From Catajapyx aquilonaris (lineage: Eukaryota): a DNA stretch of 62,376 nt. The notes under the pieces are model-generated. The model saw only the letters and a list, made by a program, of their open reading frames with translations, was not told the origin of the DNA and did not search any database. This document shows positions 25,548 to 39,037 of this stretch, one piece after another (the first letter of the stretch is position 1; each line of letters begins with the position of its first letter). The stretch is from contig JYFJ02002147.1 of NCBI GenBank assembly GCA_000934665.2, forward strand, positions 1-62,376. The letters are read 5' to 3'. The position numbers and the translations under genes are program-made.

Positions 25548-28500
25548 GTTGTGTGTTGTGGGTGTTGTTGTTGTTAGTTGGCAGCCTTGCTATGGCGCAG
25601 CGTATCTGCAGAAGAGCTTTTGTTCTCCACGCAAATCAATTAGCCAGTCAATCAACCTCTGCCATCAACCGTAAGTAGGCCTACGTCAGAATTGTTCATT
25701 ATCAGAATCGAATAATACATTGTTCTGTTAGCTGATTTGTGAGCGTGTAAACTAGCATAAAATGATGTAAACTGCATTGTTCATGTGTTGTGGTGGGCAT
25801 TAACCATTAAATAACTAACAGGTATGAGTGAGAATAAAGCGTTTGCAAATAACGGCTATACTTTCCAGTCATGACTGGAATACATTAAGATTAAATCATA
25901 TCGTTCACAGGCAATTTGAATTATCTTGATAACATTCATATTGAAAGGTTGTTTACATACGATTACACAGTCATTAATTGATATTATGGTGTCTTACATT
26001 CTGATTGTGCTCCAATATAGCTCCTTAAAAATCGCCGCTGTTATATTGACATTCAATCGAACTTCAAAACCTCCCTCTTACAATAGAGACCATAGTGGCT
26101 CATTCTGGTGTTCTAGTTTGCGCGGCTAGTCAGCCCCATTCTGAATCCTAGATGGCCCAGATACACAATGCCAGATGATTACGATTAAGTGTAATAAAAT
26201 TGCGTTAATTTCGCAAATTGACGCCTTGCACTAAATGTTTTTTTTAAGATTCAAAAATTGGCAAGTTGGAACGGCTTTCAGAATATTGTGTGGTCCAAAA
26301 GCAATTGTGGCAAATATGGAATCTGCACAATTTTTGTGCAGGATAAAAATTGTTCCAGTGGAAATAGGCCTCACAAGACAAACAAGATAGGCAAATCACG
26401 AGAGCAGTGAGACTTTTTCTCATTCTTTCAAGTAGCCTAAGAGAATGGCGGTCGAGGATCCCTATCACAAACATGTCCAACGTCAGGAATTAATTCCACG
26501 GTCCCTGTGCCAGCGCCCTGGGTAGATCCCAGACACACATGGTCAGAAATCCACGGAAACTTTCGAAATCCAACGATAACCCGCCCGTAAAGTAGACTTG
26601 TGCGGATAAAGTGAACCCGGAAAACCGTAAGTGGCGGGTCACCGGAAGTTCACTATGAAACCTATTTTGGTCACGCTTAATCCGAATCTGAAAACCGTTT
26701 GTCACTATCTCTTGCTGTTTAGGCCCTGATACCTGTCCACAGACGGTCAGACAGAGCCAGAAGACTTTTTTCGATGAGAAATAGTTTAAAATGGCGGTTT
26801 AAGCATGTCACAAACAAGGTACGAGTATACCCAAAAAGCTATTGCCATTTCCTGAAGGACCTGCAGTACTTAGTGAACACACGTACGAGCGTATAGTAAA
26901 AAATTTTTATATCATGCACATTACACACCTGTATATCTGCTACATATTAACCACTGCCAGTGCATAACACATGTGCACTTACAACTTGCGCAAAATATAA
27001 CGCATAAAAAGTTGCAAGTTTTAACAATCAGCAACATGTATCAATAAAAATGCTGATAAAAACCGAGCTATAACTACTCATATTTTGAGTTCATTGCCGA
27101 GCAACATGAATCCCGTCAAGCTCCCATAATGCGATAAAGCAGGAAGTAACGTTTACTGAACAGGGACATAAAACAGTACAGAATGCAGTTGAGCATTCGA
27201 GTCAGAAATGTGACGACACGATGCACCTGTCCGTTGCACCTGATCTGATATTACGTCACGAGGTTGCAACTATAATAACCTAGAGAGATTATAGGAAAAG
27301 AACTGAATTGCAAACAGAATTATTTTTTTTCCCATAATATTTCTCTATTGCTCTACTTTTGGCGTCAGTCCCTGCAATTTTTTTTAAAATGGCGGCATAT
27401 CCGGACAAACAACCCGAGGGGGAAAAACCTCCACACTTTTCACGTGGCGATGACGCTGTTTTGCTGATTTTTGTACACACCTTTGTATCTAGATGAATCG
27501 GGGATACGCAGTTTGCAGAGCAGTCCTAGTGGAAAGAGATAAAAAGTTGGGTGTCATAAGTGATGTTGTCAGACGTCTGGATTGATTTTTCATTCAATCA
27601 CAGATTACAACGATGCATTTAGAGGGGGGATTGGGAGTCAGGAAGGGGGGGGGGGATGGTATATGCACAGGATCTATATGCGTTACGAAATTAATGAATG
27701 AAATCCATGCATCATTCTTGCTCAGTTTGCATCACCGGTCAAGGGCAAGTCTCTTGAGAGTTGGTACCCTTGACCCTTTAGGAGTCTGGGAGGTCAGTGC
27801 AGCATGTCTGAATTGCAATTGAATTGTATCCATCACGTTTTAATAGCCTCTGTAATGCATACATGCAATATGACAACGGGTTTTGAAATCCACATTTTTT
27901 GACGTAATAATCACAGAGTGTAATTTTTTTTTACATAGTACTACAAAATCAGGCTATTCCATGAACAGGCCACCTGTACACGTAATAATGTGCAGCTCTA
28001 TAATTGACTCGTACGTAACGGCTCGTTGCAATTAAACTTCAACCTTGCACGATCAAGTAAACACCTGTTGCATTTTTTTAGTATTCATGTTGTAGCTTTG
28101 AGATTCAACTATAAAGAGGAGAAATGGATGACGTTGATTCACACGAAAGTTGACTGAGCAAATGAATGAGAGGATCGACCTTGGTCGTTGTACGTAACTA
28201 TCATCAGCAGTTCTACCGGAAAACAACAACTAAAAAAAAAGGCAATGTTCCTCCACGTGTCAATGCATCCCGGTTTTATGTAGCTATTTCCAAATCAACA
28301 CGTGCATAGAGTAGTGAGGGTATATTAATCTACAGTATTACGTGATTCATGACGTTCAAAGTAGTTTATTTTTTTATTTCCTATTTTTTTTTCTTCCAGA
28401 CCTTAACCTTCTGGCAAGTTTCCCTCGCGAAATCAGCACACCGTGTCTCACCAGGCCGAATGTTCAACTTTTCTGCACATTCGCACCGTAATAAACGTGA

Positions 28501-29040
28501 CTTATTACTTAGAAGTAAAATTATGGAGGAATCTGATTACGCAATGACAAAGTGTCAATGACTTAACATTCATTTTGATAATAAACATTGAGGGATCTAG
28601 ATCAAGTTCTTTCTATGCAGATGAATGCACGAGGGAGTAAGCAATGGTTTAAGGTATTTACACTGTGCAGGAATATATATGGAGGCAGTTTACGAAGAGG
28701 GTGGGGCTTTGCCCCCACTGGATTATTTTAGATTTTGGATCAGCTCCAGGATATGTAGTAGTGCAGGGTTAGAAATGTGGAAGATATGCGGATAGTAGTA
28801 GAGTATTATTGTTCGTAGTAAAGGCTATTTTAGAGGAGTGTTCAAAAAAAAAAAGGTGGTACAAAATGCTCATTTTTTTGAGGGGAGGATAGGGAAGTGT
28901 GCATAATATGTTAAGGAAGGACTGGTGAATTAAATATTGTACAAAATATTATAATAAATATCAAATTTGGCCTTAATATAAGTGACAAAAATATTTTTCC
29001 AGTACAGTATGTTAGTGTTTCTTTCTATAAAATTCATATA

Positions 29041-29268
29041 CCGTCAATTGGGGTGAGAATGTGCCAGATGGGGTGAGATTGTGCCAGACCATTTTTTGGA
29101 CAACAGTGGGCCCTACCGAGAATTTTTATCCGCCATTGCCAACCTTGACCATCCCTCAATGTAGTGAAACATGCCTAAATTCGCTTGCTGCCAGTATGGC
29201 GCACCGTTGTCCAAAAATGCGCTGGCACAATCTCACCCCACCTAGCACAATCTCACGCCAATTGACGG
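29041..29268. mobile_element. MITE with TA duplication (pogo/Tc1-mariner-like ends)
   Basis: TA|CCGTCAATTGGGGTGAG ... CTCACGCCAATTGACGG|TA. Each arm has two copies of a GGGGTGAGATTGTGCCAG-like motif. Confidence 0.88.
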
Positions 29269-30280
29269 TATTGACGCTTTCAGCTTTATAGAAGCTTATA
29301 GATGGAGGATAGCGAATCAAGATCTACAGTTAGGATAAAGGGAAATTCCTTGGCGTTTGTATAGCAAATCAGCAATATGCCTACCCAATATGTAATTTAA
29401 TTTATTCATATCAGCCTCCTAAAATGTGTATTCAAATCTCAAATAAAATATTAGCTATTTCATTCTTGACGAAAGGAATAAATTATTCCACTACAGACCA
29501 GAATGTTGTTGTAGTTCCTATTCGATGCAAACCTTCAATTTAACTTCAGCAATAGTTTTGCATCTTCACTAATAAAGAAATGTTATCCGGTAAGCACGTG
29601 TTTGCCTCGGCTGTAAAATTAATGTTTTTTGAGATACTAGGTCCACGGAGATTTTTTTTTCACGAGATTGCCGTTGCATTTTTTATTTTTTTTGCCAGTC
29701 TTTACTTAGACTGCAATGTGGTAATCACAGCTCATACATTTATCTTTTCGTTCCACACATCGACTCTGCTCGCGCAATGTTGTTATCCGCCTGGAAGCGA
29801 AAGCTGGAGGCGACTACCGCTAGTTACGTCAGAGATGAGGTGTCTCTTCCATCACACCGTAATATTATATAGAAGTTATTATTTTTAAGAGATGAAAATC
29901 TAATGCGGAAAACGATATATTCCGGAATCATGTTAAACCAAGCAAACCAACGTTGGAGGTACCATTTTTTTCCAGGTATCTTACTTTTATGGTAATAAAT
30001 ATAATTATTTTGATGACATCCAGGAAAACGTGCCGTTGTGATCTATACAAGACATGCCAAAGATTACCTTAATGGTAACATCCCGCAAATCATAGGGACG
30101 AACCAAACAAAGCGTCTGACGCAAGTGCATTTTGACAAACATTTTGATCATATTATGGCCTTCATCAGAACTGATGTATGATGTGCTCTCCGGATGACCC
30201 ACGCTGTGTAGATGACATTACGATATAATTTGAGAGCCGCACTTGACCTATCAAATCCACTACACTGCACGTGTAGGCTA

Positions 30281-30354
30281 TCTATTGGAGAAATAATTAA
30301 GTGGGTTTTGCAACATATATGTTGCAAAACCCACTTAATTATTTCTCCAATAGA
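30281..30354. repeat. Perfect 74-bp palindrome with no spacer
   Basis: TCTATTGGAGAAATAATTAAGTGGGTTTTGCAACATA followed immediately by its exact reverse complement. Confidence 0.95.
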
Positions 30355-33300
30355 CAACAACGGTGTATAGCATCCGGACAGAAAAAGTCAATTATTACAG
30401 GAAAACTGCTGCAGCAAAAATACAGTATGTGCAACAAAAAAAAAGCCCGGTATTCCTCAACCATAAAATGGCGAGACACAAAAAAACGTGCTGGCATCGG
30501 CTCTGTCCTATTAATTTTTCCTTACCGCACACGAGTGAATACTGAACACAAGTTATTCACCAAAGAACTCATTAGCAGTACAGTGATCACGATGTGCACT
30601 GCAATCCTTTTTTAAACTACTTGCCAAAGGTGTATAGCATCTCTTTGATGTACCGTACGCCTATCGTAGCGGAACCAAGACGCTACCTTATTTCTTTTTT
30701 AAGGAAAAAAAAACCCTGCAATGCCACAAGATCCGGAAGAACATGGCCTCCGAATATCTTCCGGCGTCCCTACACTTACGAGTATATCAAATTCAGTCCA
30801 AAACAGGAAACACATCAGTTTTTTTTTAAACCCCCGCCCACCAAGTACAGGTGATCATATATAACAAGCGGCAGGTGTACCATTCGAGCCGACAGGAAGG
30901 GTTCCCCATTGGTGGGCCAAGGCTATGGAATTTCGGCAGCATTGGGCCTCCACGTGGTTCAGCTCCGCCCCATCTGTCGGCTTGACTTTCCTTTTCCTCT
31001 TTATGCCGATTATAGGGCCAGCTTATTGTGCTGTTGGGAACTGGATATACTGTAGTAGATACAAGAGAGTACAAGATATTGCAATTGCAGTTCTGAAATG
31101 GTGCATTGAATACTTGTGAATATTACTATAACGAAGGTGCCTGATTAACTGGGATTGTTATTTAATTCCAGATTTTTTTTCCAGGATATAGACATGAGGA
31201 TGTCGACATGTCTAGGATGCTTACAGGCATGATTTTCGCTAGTTTGAAGGATGAATAGACAACGTGGTATCCAGCACGCTACTGAATTGAGTAGCTGAGG
31301 AGCAAATGCACTTTCAATAAATAATTTCCTGTTTGTAACCCCCTACAAGATTACAGCCTATGTCCGGAAAACAGAGGCTCTCATCCTCGGTTGTAGAGAG
31401 TTCCTGACAACATGGCAACCACACATGCATTGGCGCTCTTGATTTCGGTACTCTTCAAACCGGCCATGTAGGACCTGAAGTTTGTGTACGTACGTACCGG
31501 CTATTGCGGGAGGGGATGACGACAAATGTTACCTTTCACTGCATCAATATTAACCTTATCTGACGGTAATATATTAGCTTCGGAGACATGGCGCGTTTCT
31601 GCGAATAACGGCATTTTTTAACGTTCATTTTGTAATATTCCCACAGATTACTATTATGTAAGTTTTGAATGCATGTGCAGGATTCTCACGTAATTTATTT
31701 ATTTACTGAATGTTTTAATAGGGTTTTAATAGGGAAGTTTGAGCCGGTTATTAAAAACAAAATTATATACAAGTATTAACCGTTATGTATTCGCGATAGC
31801 TGCAGTTGCATAACTCATATTTTATAGGATGTGAGAAGTCACTTTGGTTAATCTCACTGTTAAATAGAGCACAGCAGTTAGAGGAAGGGTTCGCTAAGGT
31901 TGGGTTCTTCTTTCCTCTGGACGGACCACCAAAAGTTGATCAACGTTACGTACAGTACAGTATACCATATAGGTTGGTAGCATGTTTTAGTATAAAAGTA
32001 TACTTAATTGCGAGGCAGAAAAAAAGCGTCATATATAGCGTGCTTGCATCACAATCACTTTCTTTATCAATGAAACACAACATGTTCACAATCCAGCATG
32101 ATATCAGAATAAGCTTCGAAAATAGCAGTGCCAAAGCTGTATCTCCGCACTGTAACATGCACCACTAACAAATCTGTTTTTATTGGGAAGACCTGAAACA
32201 TATACACCACGACACTTACCCGTACTGCATGCACGTGCTGTGAATGTTTTGCACATGACACACGACAGATGAGATGATGAAATCCCTTTGCGGTTTTATC
32301 ACAAATGGAAATATTCAGTACCGGTACATCATCATAAGTGAGTGAAAACGAGAGCGAAAATGAAATTATAATAATTAATTTCAAGTTCTTACTATACAGT
32401 TATTCTAAAATTTCGGCCACTTCCGGTAGCTGTGATACAACTTGAAGTAACTCGCTTTATTTTTAGTTGCGCCCTGTTACAGGACCAACTCTCTCGAGCT
32501 CCCAAGAGTGCCAAATTCAGGGTCTGGCAAGGGTATTCCCCACTTTTACATCACTCATGACGTAATCGTGTTAAAATTTTGTACTGTACCGGTATATGAC
32601 GTCCACAAAGGGTGGTCATTTTCCCCATGTAATATTTCATGGTTGTAGGCTATTATATTTCAAACGTAAAAAAAAACTCATCGCAGCTTTCAGGCATCAG
32701 ATATTTACTTTTACAGTTAGGCCTATAGCACGTAATTCATTTTTGCAAAGAATACGGTTAGATGTTTGATGAGGCGCTTAAGGTGCATCATTTTAATGGT
32801 AAGAAACGATCATGCTTAAGAAGCAAATCACTGAATAAATCCTACAAACAGCTTCAGACCGGAAGAAACTCTGCGTTCATATTAGGCATAAAAGCAATGA
32901 AGAAAAACAAGAGACATTACAGTTCTTGCGGATATTATCAAAGGATAAGAGGCCTTTCGCCGATGCTATATAAGTAGCCCGAATAATAAGGTACAGTGCA
33001 TTTAGTGTATTTGCTGAGCAAAGTGAATAAAAGTAGGCTTGCATTACAAACCCCCTTTGATGCCACCCAGAAGATGCGCACTGAGATCTAGCATATGGAG
33101 CTTATGGTGGGTTTATTTTTCTCTTTGGATCATATGCACATTAGCGTGTGTCAATTCTGATGGAAAGTACAAGACTTTTCGAAGGAAAAAAAAACACAAT
33201 CTTTGGATCCCCTATACGATTTAAAATTGGTTGCTAGATAATCGTAACACCCAGGCTTAAGAGTGTAGTCGACCTGCAGCCTGTAGTAAAAGTAGTTTGG

Positions 33301-35114
33301 GTCGACTATATAGAAAGCTGTTCGTAAGGTGTATAGATTCCTCCCGCCAGACCTCTCCGCAGTCGGAGATTGGATTTGGAAAAGTGTCAGGTTTTAAGAG
33401 CAAGAGGAACAGGAACTGCTTCTCAAAAGAGCCTCTGCTGCACTGTAAAATCTCTTTATCTGGGGTTAGGCAGGTACTGTACAGTATCCGCTCTAATCTT
33501 TTCTCTATACAAGCCAGTTTCAAGACTTTGCTTACAGGAGGATTGACGCCCTTACCAAACGATATTAATTTGTGTATTTTATCTCATTATACGACTGATA
33601 ATTGGGTACATTAAAAAAAAAATTTAAAAAACGGAAGAAAACGACAAGGGTGTTTGCCCTGTGTGTGATGTCTGTGTTGATGAAAGAGTTGCATGTCGAT
33701 GTCGATTTGTTTACTTTGTTCACGAGCCCTAGATTTCTAACGACACGCCGTGCCAAGCAGCATTGGGGAAACGTGTACCTAACTCGCATGTAGGAAGAAG
33801 CATACTTGTCACTTCAAGGGCCTGAACTGTACTACACGTGAAATACGTGCTATGGTAGCAAAACAAATTCCTGATGGTATATAGGGTGATTACACTCGAG
33901 GGTATTCTGGGCAAAATAGTCGCCGGGACTTGGAAAACAGGAATTTGGAGCCAGGTTGCGGAGAGGACGTTACGAAACACCAGGAGTGATTCATCGGATC
34001 GTTGCTAGAGGCTCTAGGTAATGGAGGGAAAGGATTGTGCGGCCACTAGGTGAAGCCAAACCGGCTTATCCGGTCTGTAACTGTTTAGCTCATAACAATG
34101 TCTCCATGCGGTATATATTCAGGAAGAGTCGGATTCAGTTATTTATTAGTTTTTCAAAAATTCCTAGCAATATTTTGGTAGATTGTTTTATTAGGAGAAA
34201 TAATCGGTGTTATATCGCATTGGGAAGATGTGCAGGGATCAGCTCCCAAATCATATATCTTCATGCCTTCTACCACCCATGCGCGATAACTCGGGGAGAT
34301 AAGAAACTCGCAAAGAGGCGTAGCTGTCATGTCTTGCACATGTTAATTTACTTCCGAGGCACCTTGTGTGGTAATGTATGGCATGACAATAACACCGCTT
34401 ATGTGCGAGCATCGTCCCAAGTTATCGCTGGGACCTGACTAAAAATCTTGAACTATTTTTATATAACATGTATAACTTATAAACTTCATTCATTCATTCA
34501 TTCATTCACACCACTCTTTGTCCTACTCGAAGGGGTATCCAGCTATAATGAAAGAACTTCAAGTATGATAGTGCATCGCTTGTCATATCATATGACCGTA
34601 TAAAGGACCCTCTAGAGTAGGCCTACAGGTCAGATGCTCGCAGAGGTGAGAGGAGACGGGATGAAATGTCAAATGTTGTAGGAACCATCCCACACGGTCG
34701 TTGTCCCTGGTTACGCCGTCTTGTTGGTGGCGATCGGGAACAGCAAAGCCATCTCACATTCGAATTGGATGCCAACTGCTTGCGCATGCTTGCATAATCA
34801 TTGCATATATTATGAACTTGTGGAGAGGAAAAGTAAATATTGTCCACCGTATGCGTGGTCTAAATGAAGCGAAGATTTGGAACTGATCTAATTTAGTACT
34901 TATAGGTCTTCTGCGTACGGTATTTATTATTAGAAATTTAATTTCGGTGAATAAGCGTATATAGGCTTTTTTTTGCCCTCGGTACAAACAAGTTTTTTTT
35001 ATGAAAATTATTGCGACGGTTTACTAATTGTGTCGCAAGATAGTATTCTCTGAAACTTGAATGGTTTCTTCTAGACAGTAATAAGAAAATGAAGGGAAAA
35101 ACACATGTCATTAC

Positions 35115-35117
<3 letters not shown>

Positions 35118-35188
<71 letters not shown>
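35118..35188. repeat. (TTA)n microsatellite
   Basis: Directly visible. Confidence 0.97.
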
Positions 35189-36002
35189 CCATCATTTGCA
35201 ACTCATCATATTTCTTGGGAAACACCTTCCTGTTACGATCATCCTACCTATAAAAAATATCCAACTTTAGTTACGCTATACACATTTTTTGTGGCTATTA
35301 GCCCAGGCATATGGCGTTAAAAAAACTATATCTTCTCTTGTAATAAGCTCAGATATATGAACAAATTTTCCAATAACTTATGAAATGTTGAGTCAAATCC
35401 TGAGGTATGGGTAGGGGGTGGGGAACCATTTGAATTTTGTTTGGCGAGAAAGTGTCGAGAAGTCAGCTGCACAATAATCTGCGAACGTAAGCCTCAAATG
35501 GCAATTTCCCTGGGAATTGATTTTGGGAAAAGTTTGACTACTTTATGTAACTGTACAGTATATATAAACCGAGGAGGGCAAACAGGCTCTATACACGTGC
35601 AAATACGCTCAAAGACATCGATTCAAAAAGCGCACACATTTGCATTTCTGTCCGTATATTGGCAGCCCCCGTTTTGTGCCTGATCGTCATGAGAGGTCGT
35701 TGAGCCTCCATCTTTCCCGCGAGACCCAACATTTGTGCGAGCAAAGTTGTGTCTTCACTTGTACACCATTTCGCACAACTTTATCTATTCGCACTGTAAA
35801 CTACAGCAATTGGAGATGTTTCCACCCGCAAAACCTACACACGCCTGGTGGGTCGGAAATTTTCTAAGGGCTCAATGACATTCTGCCAGTTCGCGCTGCC
35901 TGTCTTTCGACAAATTTCCCCAAAGTTCTGACGTACTGTTTTGTCGCTTCTCTCCTTTTCCCCATTTCCCGCAAAACACGAATTAAAAGCGGCTTGTCTT
36001 AC

Positions 36003-36521
36003 CTGAGCTCGTCGTAGGGCCACCTGCAGCGCCATGACCCTCTGTCTCTCAGCGGTCAAGCGGCATTTCTCGCACATGCAGTCTCGGTACCTGCAGTACC
36101 GCTTGTGCCCCTTCACAGCGATGTTCAGCTTATGGTTGCGACATCGGGCGCATTTTGGAGTACGGCTATTGTTGCGCATTGGTCCACCTCCATCTCGACT
36201 CTCTCTGGGAAGTTGTTGCTGTTGCTGGTGTTGCTGGTCTTGCTGGTGGCGATCAGGGATTGCGTTGGATTGGATTGGATTAGGTATAGGTCGCATGGGG
36301 GAAAGGGGGGTAGGGATTGAAGCGGAGGAGTTGGAAGATACGTTGTTGTTGATGGCCGTAGCTGCGTTGGCGTTAGCGGCGCTAGAGTTGGTGAGTGCGT
36401 GAAATTGCAAATCGGCCGACTTCCGTTCGTTGTCAGTGGCGCCCTCCAGGACGACCACCTCTACGGGGCTCCTGGACAGGCTCCGGGAATCGCTCCCGGA
36501 CACCAGGTCCTTTTCGGCCAT
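36003..36521 (-). CDS. dsx: Doublesex/DMRT transcription factor, first coding exon (DM domain)
   Basis: ATG at 36521 in a good Kozak context (GACAGCATGG), with an in-frame TGA upstream. The 173 codons end in [54 protein letters not shown], a complete Cys/His DM zinc module. Donor CAG|GTAAGA at 36003/36002, phase 0. [26 protein letters not shown] is the arthropod Dsx pattern rather than the MAAQVALRRQQ pattern of other DMRTs. Family membership is certain; dsx orthology is inferred. Confidence 0.93.
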
Positions 36522-39037
36522 GCTGTCCTCTCCCCTCCACCCTCCTCGCAACCACAGGAACTTCAGTTTCGCCACCACTGGTACTCCCCTTCACAACGAT
36601 TCTTCTTCTTACTGCCTCCTCCTCCTTCTACTTTACCTCTGCTTGGGTTTAGCAAATGTCTGCTGGTTTCCTGCACGGAAGAGGAGCGGGGTATATGGCC
36701 TTTGCCAACTTGCATATTCACTAAAACTATGAGTGGAAGTAGGCCACACCAAATAGGAATAGGAAGGACAACACCTGATTTTAAGCGCAGCTCACTGGAT
36801 GATTGATGATCTCCTATTCACAACACCTGCATGGTGCAATATATGGGGTGCAGGAAGTGCAGGATGACCACATTCCCGTTTGGATTTTGAATATACAGTA
36901 TTTATGGCAGTTTTTAAATGTGTCAGTTAAAAGTATCTTTTCAAATTCGTTAATTTCCTCCACCGTAGATTTGAAACTATGTGATATGATTAAATTCAAA
37001 TTGAACTACACTTTACATTGCTTATGTGAATATGCCTGCCTGTAATGGAATTTTTTGAATTGTACGGTATAGCATACATTACAGGTTTTGTGTGATACTG
37101 TACTGTACACATTATGCGACCTTTGAAGCTACTATGCCCATTTGCTATGTGATAGGTAGCCTATATACTCTGAACGTCAATAATTACTTATGTCGAACAT
37201 ATAATAGCTTGCGGACAAACCACGGTGCATCTTGAATTCTTTAAAAAACTATTTGCTGATTTGTTTTAATAGGTAATATATTTCCGGGATATGGGACACT
37301 CTCATTGGATTGCACGAGCGTCGCTATCATTAAATTGGGCTCATTGTCTACGCTCTACGAAATAAAATTTTTGTATTGCTGTCTCCAAGTAGAACTGCAT
37401 CAGAATTTGTCAGTGGTCGAGGTATTTTGCGCGTAAGTCAGTAACAGAAAACTATTTTAGACATCAGGACGGACAACTGGAGTAGCCTATATCCTACAAG
37501 TGGGCAACATTTCAAGACCTGAAATGCAGGACTACCAGAGCCACCGTTTGGCCACAAATTGAATTAAGCATTGTATAACATAATCCTTAACTTTCGGTTG
37601 GTTACGTCAGTGTTTCTTTCTGGAGAAATTAGAGCCAGCTAAAAATGTTTTTCAAAACAAAATCATAGTGGATATTGCATAAGCAAGGTTCAAAACCTCA
37701 CATCTTAAAATCTTTCAAACGTGACTCTGATCATTTTTGCAATTCAGGTCTTCATTTGATAATATGCCACTAACATACACGGCAAACAATTCCTCGAATA
37801 AAATGCCACGGTAGTGTCCATTACAGTTATTACACTGTGAGACTACTATAGTACACTGTTATCACTCCTACAATACATTCTAACAAAAAAAATAATCGGG
37901 GTCCTTTTCTATCATCTGAAGAATGCAAATGAGTATAGTATATCGTATTATCCTGTAAGATAACCCTTGACGGTGTGACGGCCAACTGTAACACGTAGTC
38001 TATACTATATTTTCTAGGTTCGAGTCTGCAGAAGGTTAGCATGTATTAATATAAATTCAATTCACACGCTATACGCAGCCTGACGGTTCCTACAGTATAT
38101 TGCATCCTGAATGATCGTGCAGGCAAAAGATTTCTGCAAGCGTCTTGCCTTGTGTATATTAGCAAATAATTTACTGACGGCAGATATTACCATAGCTATT
38201 TTACAACAGTCATCTATAGATGGCTCTGATTTGACCCTCCAGAATAAGTGATCACGCCAACAATAGCATAAGCAGGTCAGGTGCAAATCACTCTAGACAT
38301 GCCCGCGAGGGGGATTAATCTTACGCCGATCTGCATTTACCTATTCAGTATTTTGTATTCACCTGCTAACATACATAACAAAGTAACCTACACTAATAGG
38401 CATTCCTTTTCGGCCCGTACAGTAATTGTGTCAGCGACCCGCGCGAGTTTTGTTGCACACGCGTTTATGCGGCAGATTAGTTAGGCTTGCGGAAATCGAG
38501 AGTGCCGCCGGTTAATGACATCTGAGCGTATACTCGGCGGACGAACTTCAAGCAGCATATATTATCTAACTTTTTTTTTTGCATCATGATCGATTCCCTC
38601 GACAAAACTCGACAACTATTTAAATTTAAATGTTAAATTTAATCAAAAAACCATTTAATGCCATATATCACACATACCCGCACAGTTAACATTGTTTGAA
38701 TAGCACTCGAATTATTACAGATTCGATATCCCAGATATATACTTTTCCACACATGATAAACTCGTACCTACTGCCCTGCAAGTGGGTTAATGCACCACCG
38801 CATCGCGCATTGTATGACTTACATCCAAACACATGCCAGCTACAACAAGCCTGCGCAATCAAAACAGCGGGAAAATTCCAGCTGACAAAGCCAAAATATT
38901 CCGGCGGGACATCCCATCGCGGAAACACGTGTGTAGCACATACTCGCATCAAATCTGGCATATCGCCATATGCCCTATGCAAGCCATAATTGCATACTAG
39001 TGTGAGATAGGTCATGTCCGACCCCATGTCAACTTAC

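Noticed and set aside
36522..36578. GTG start given by the ORF track
   Set aside because: This is a eukaryotic gene, and the first in-frame ATG with good context is at 36521.
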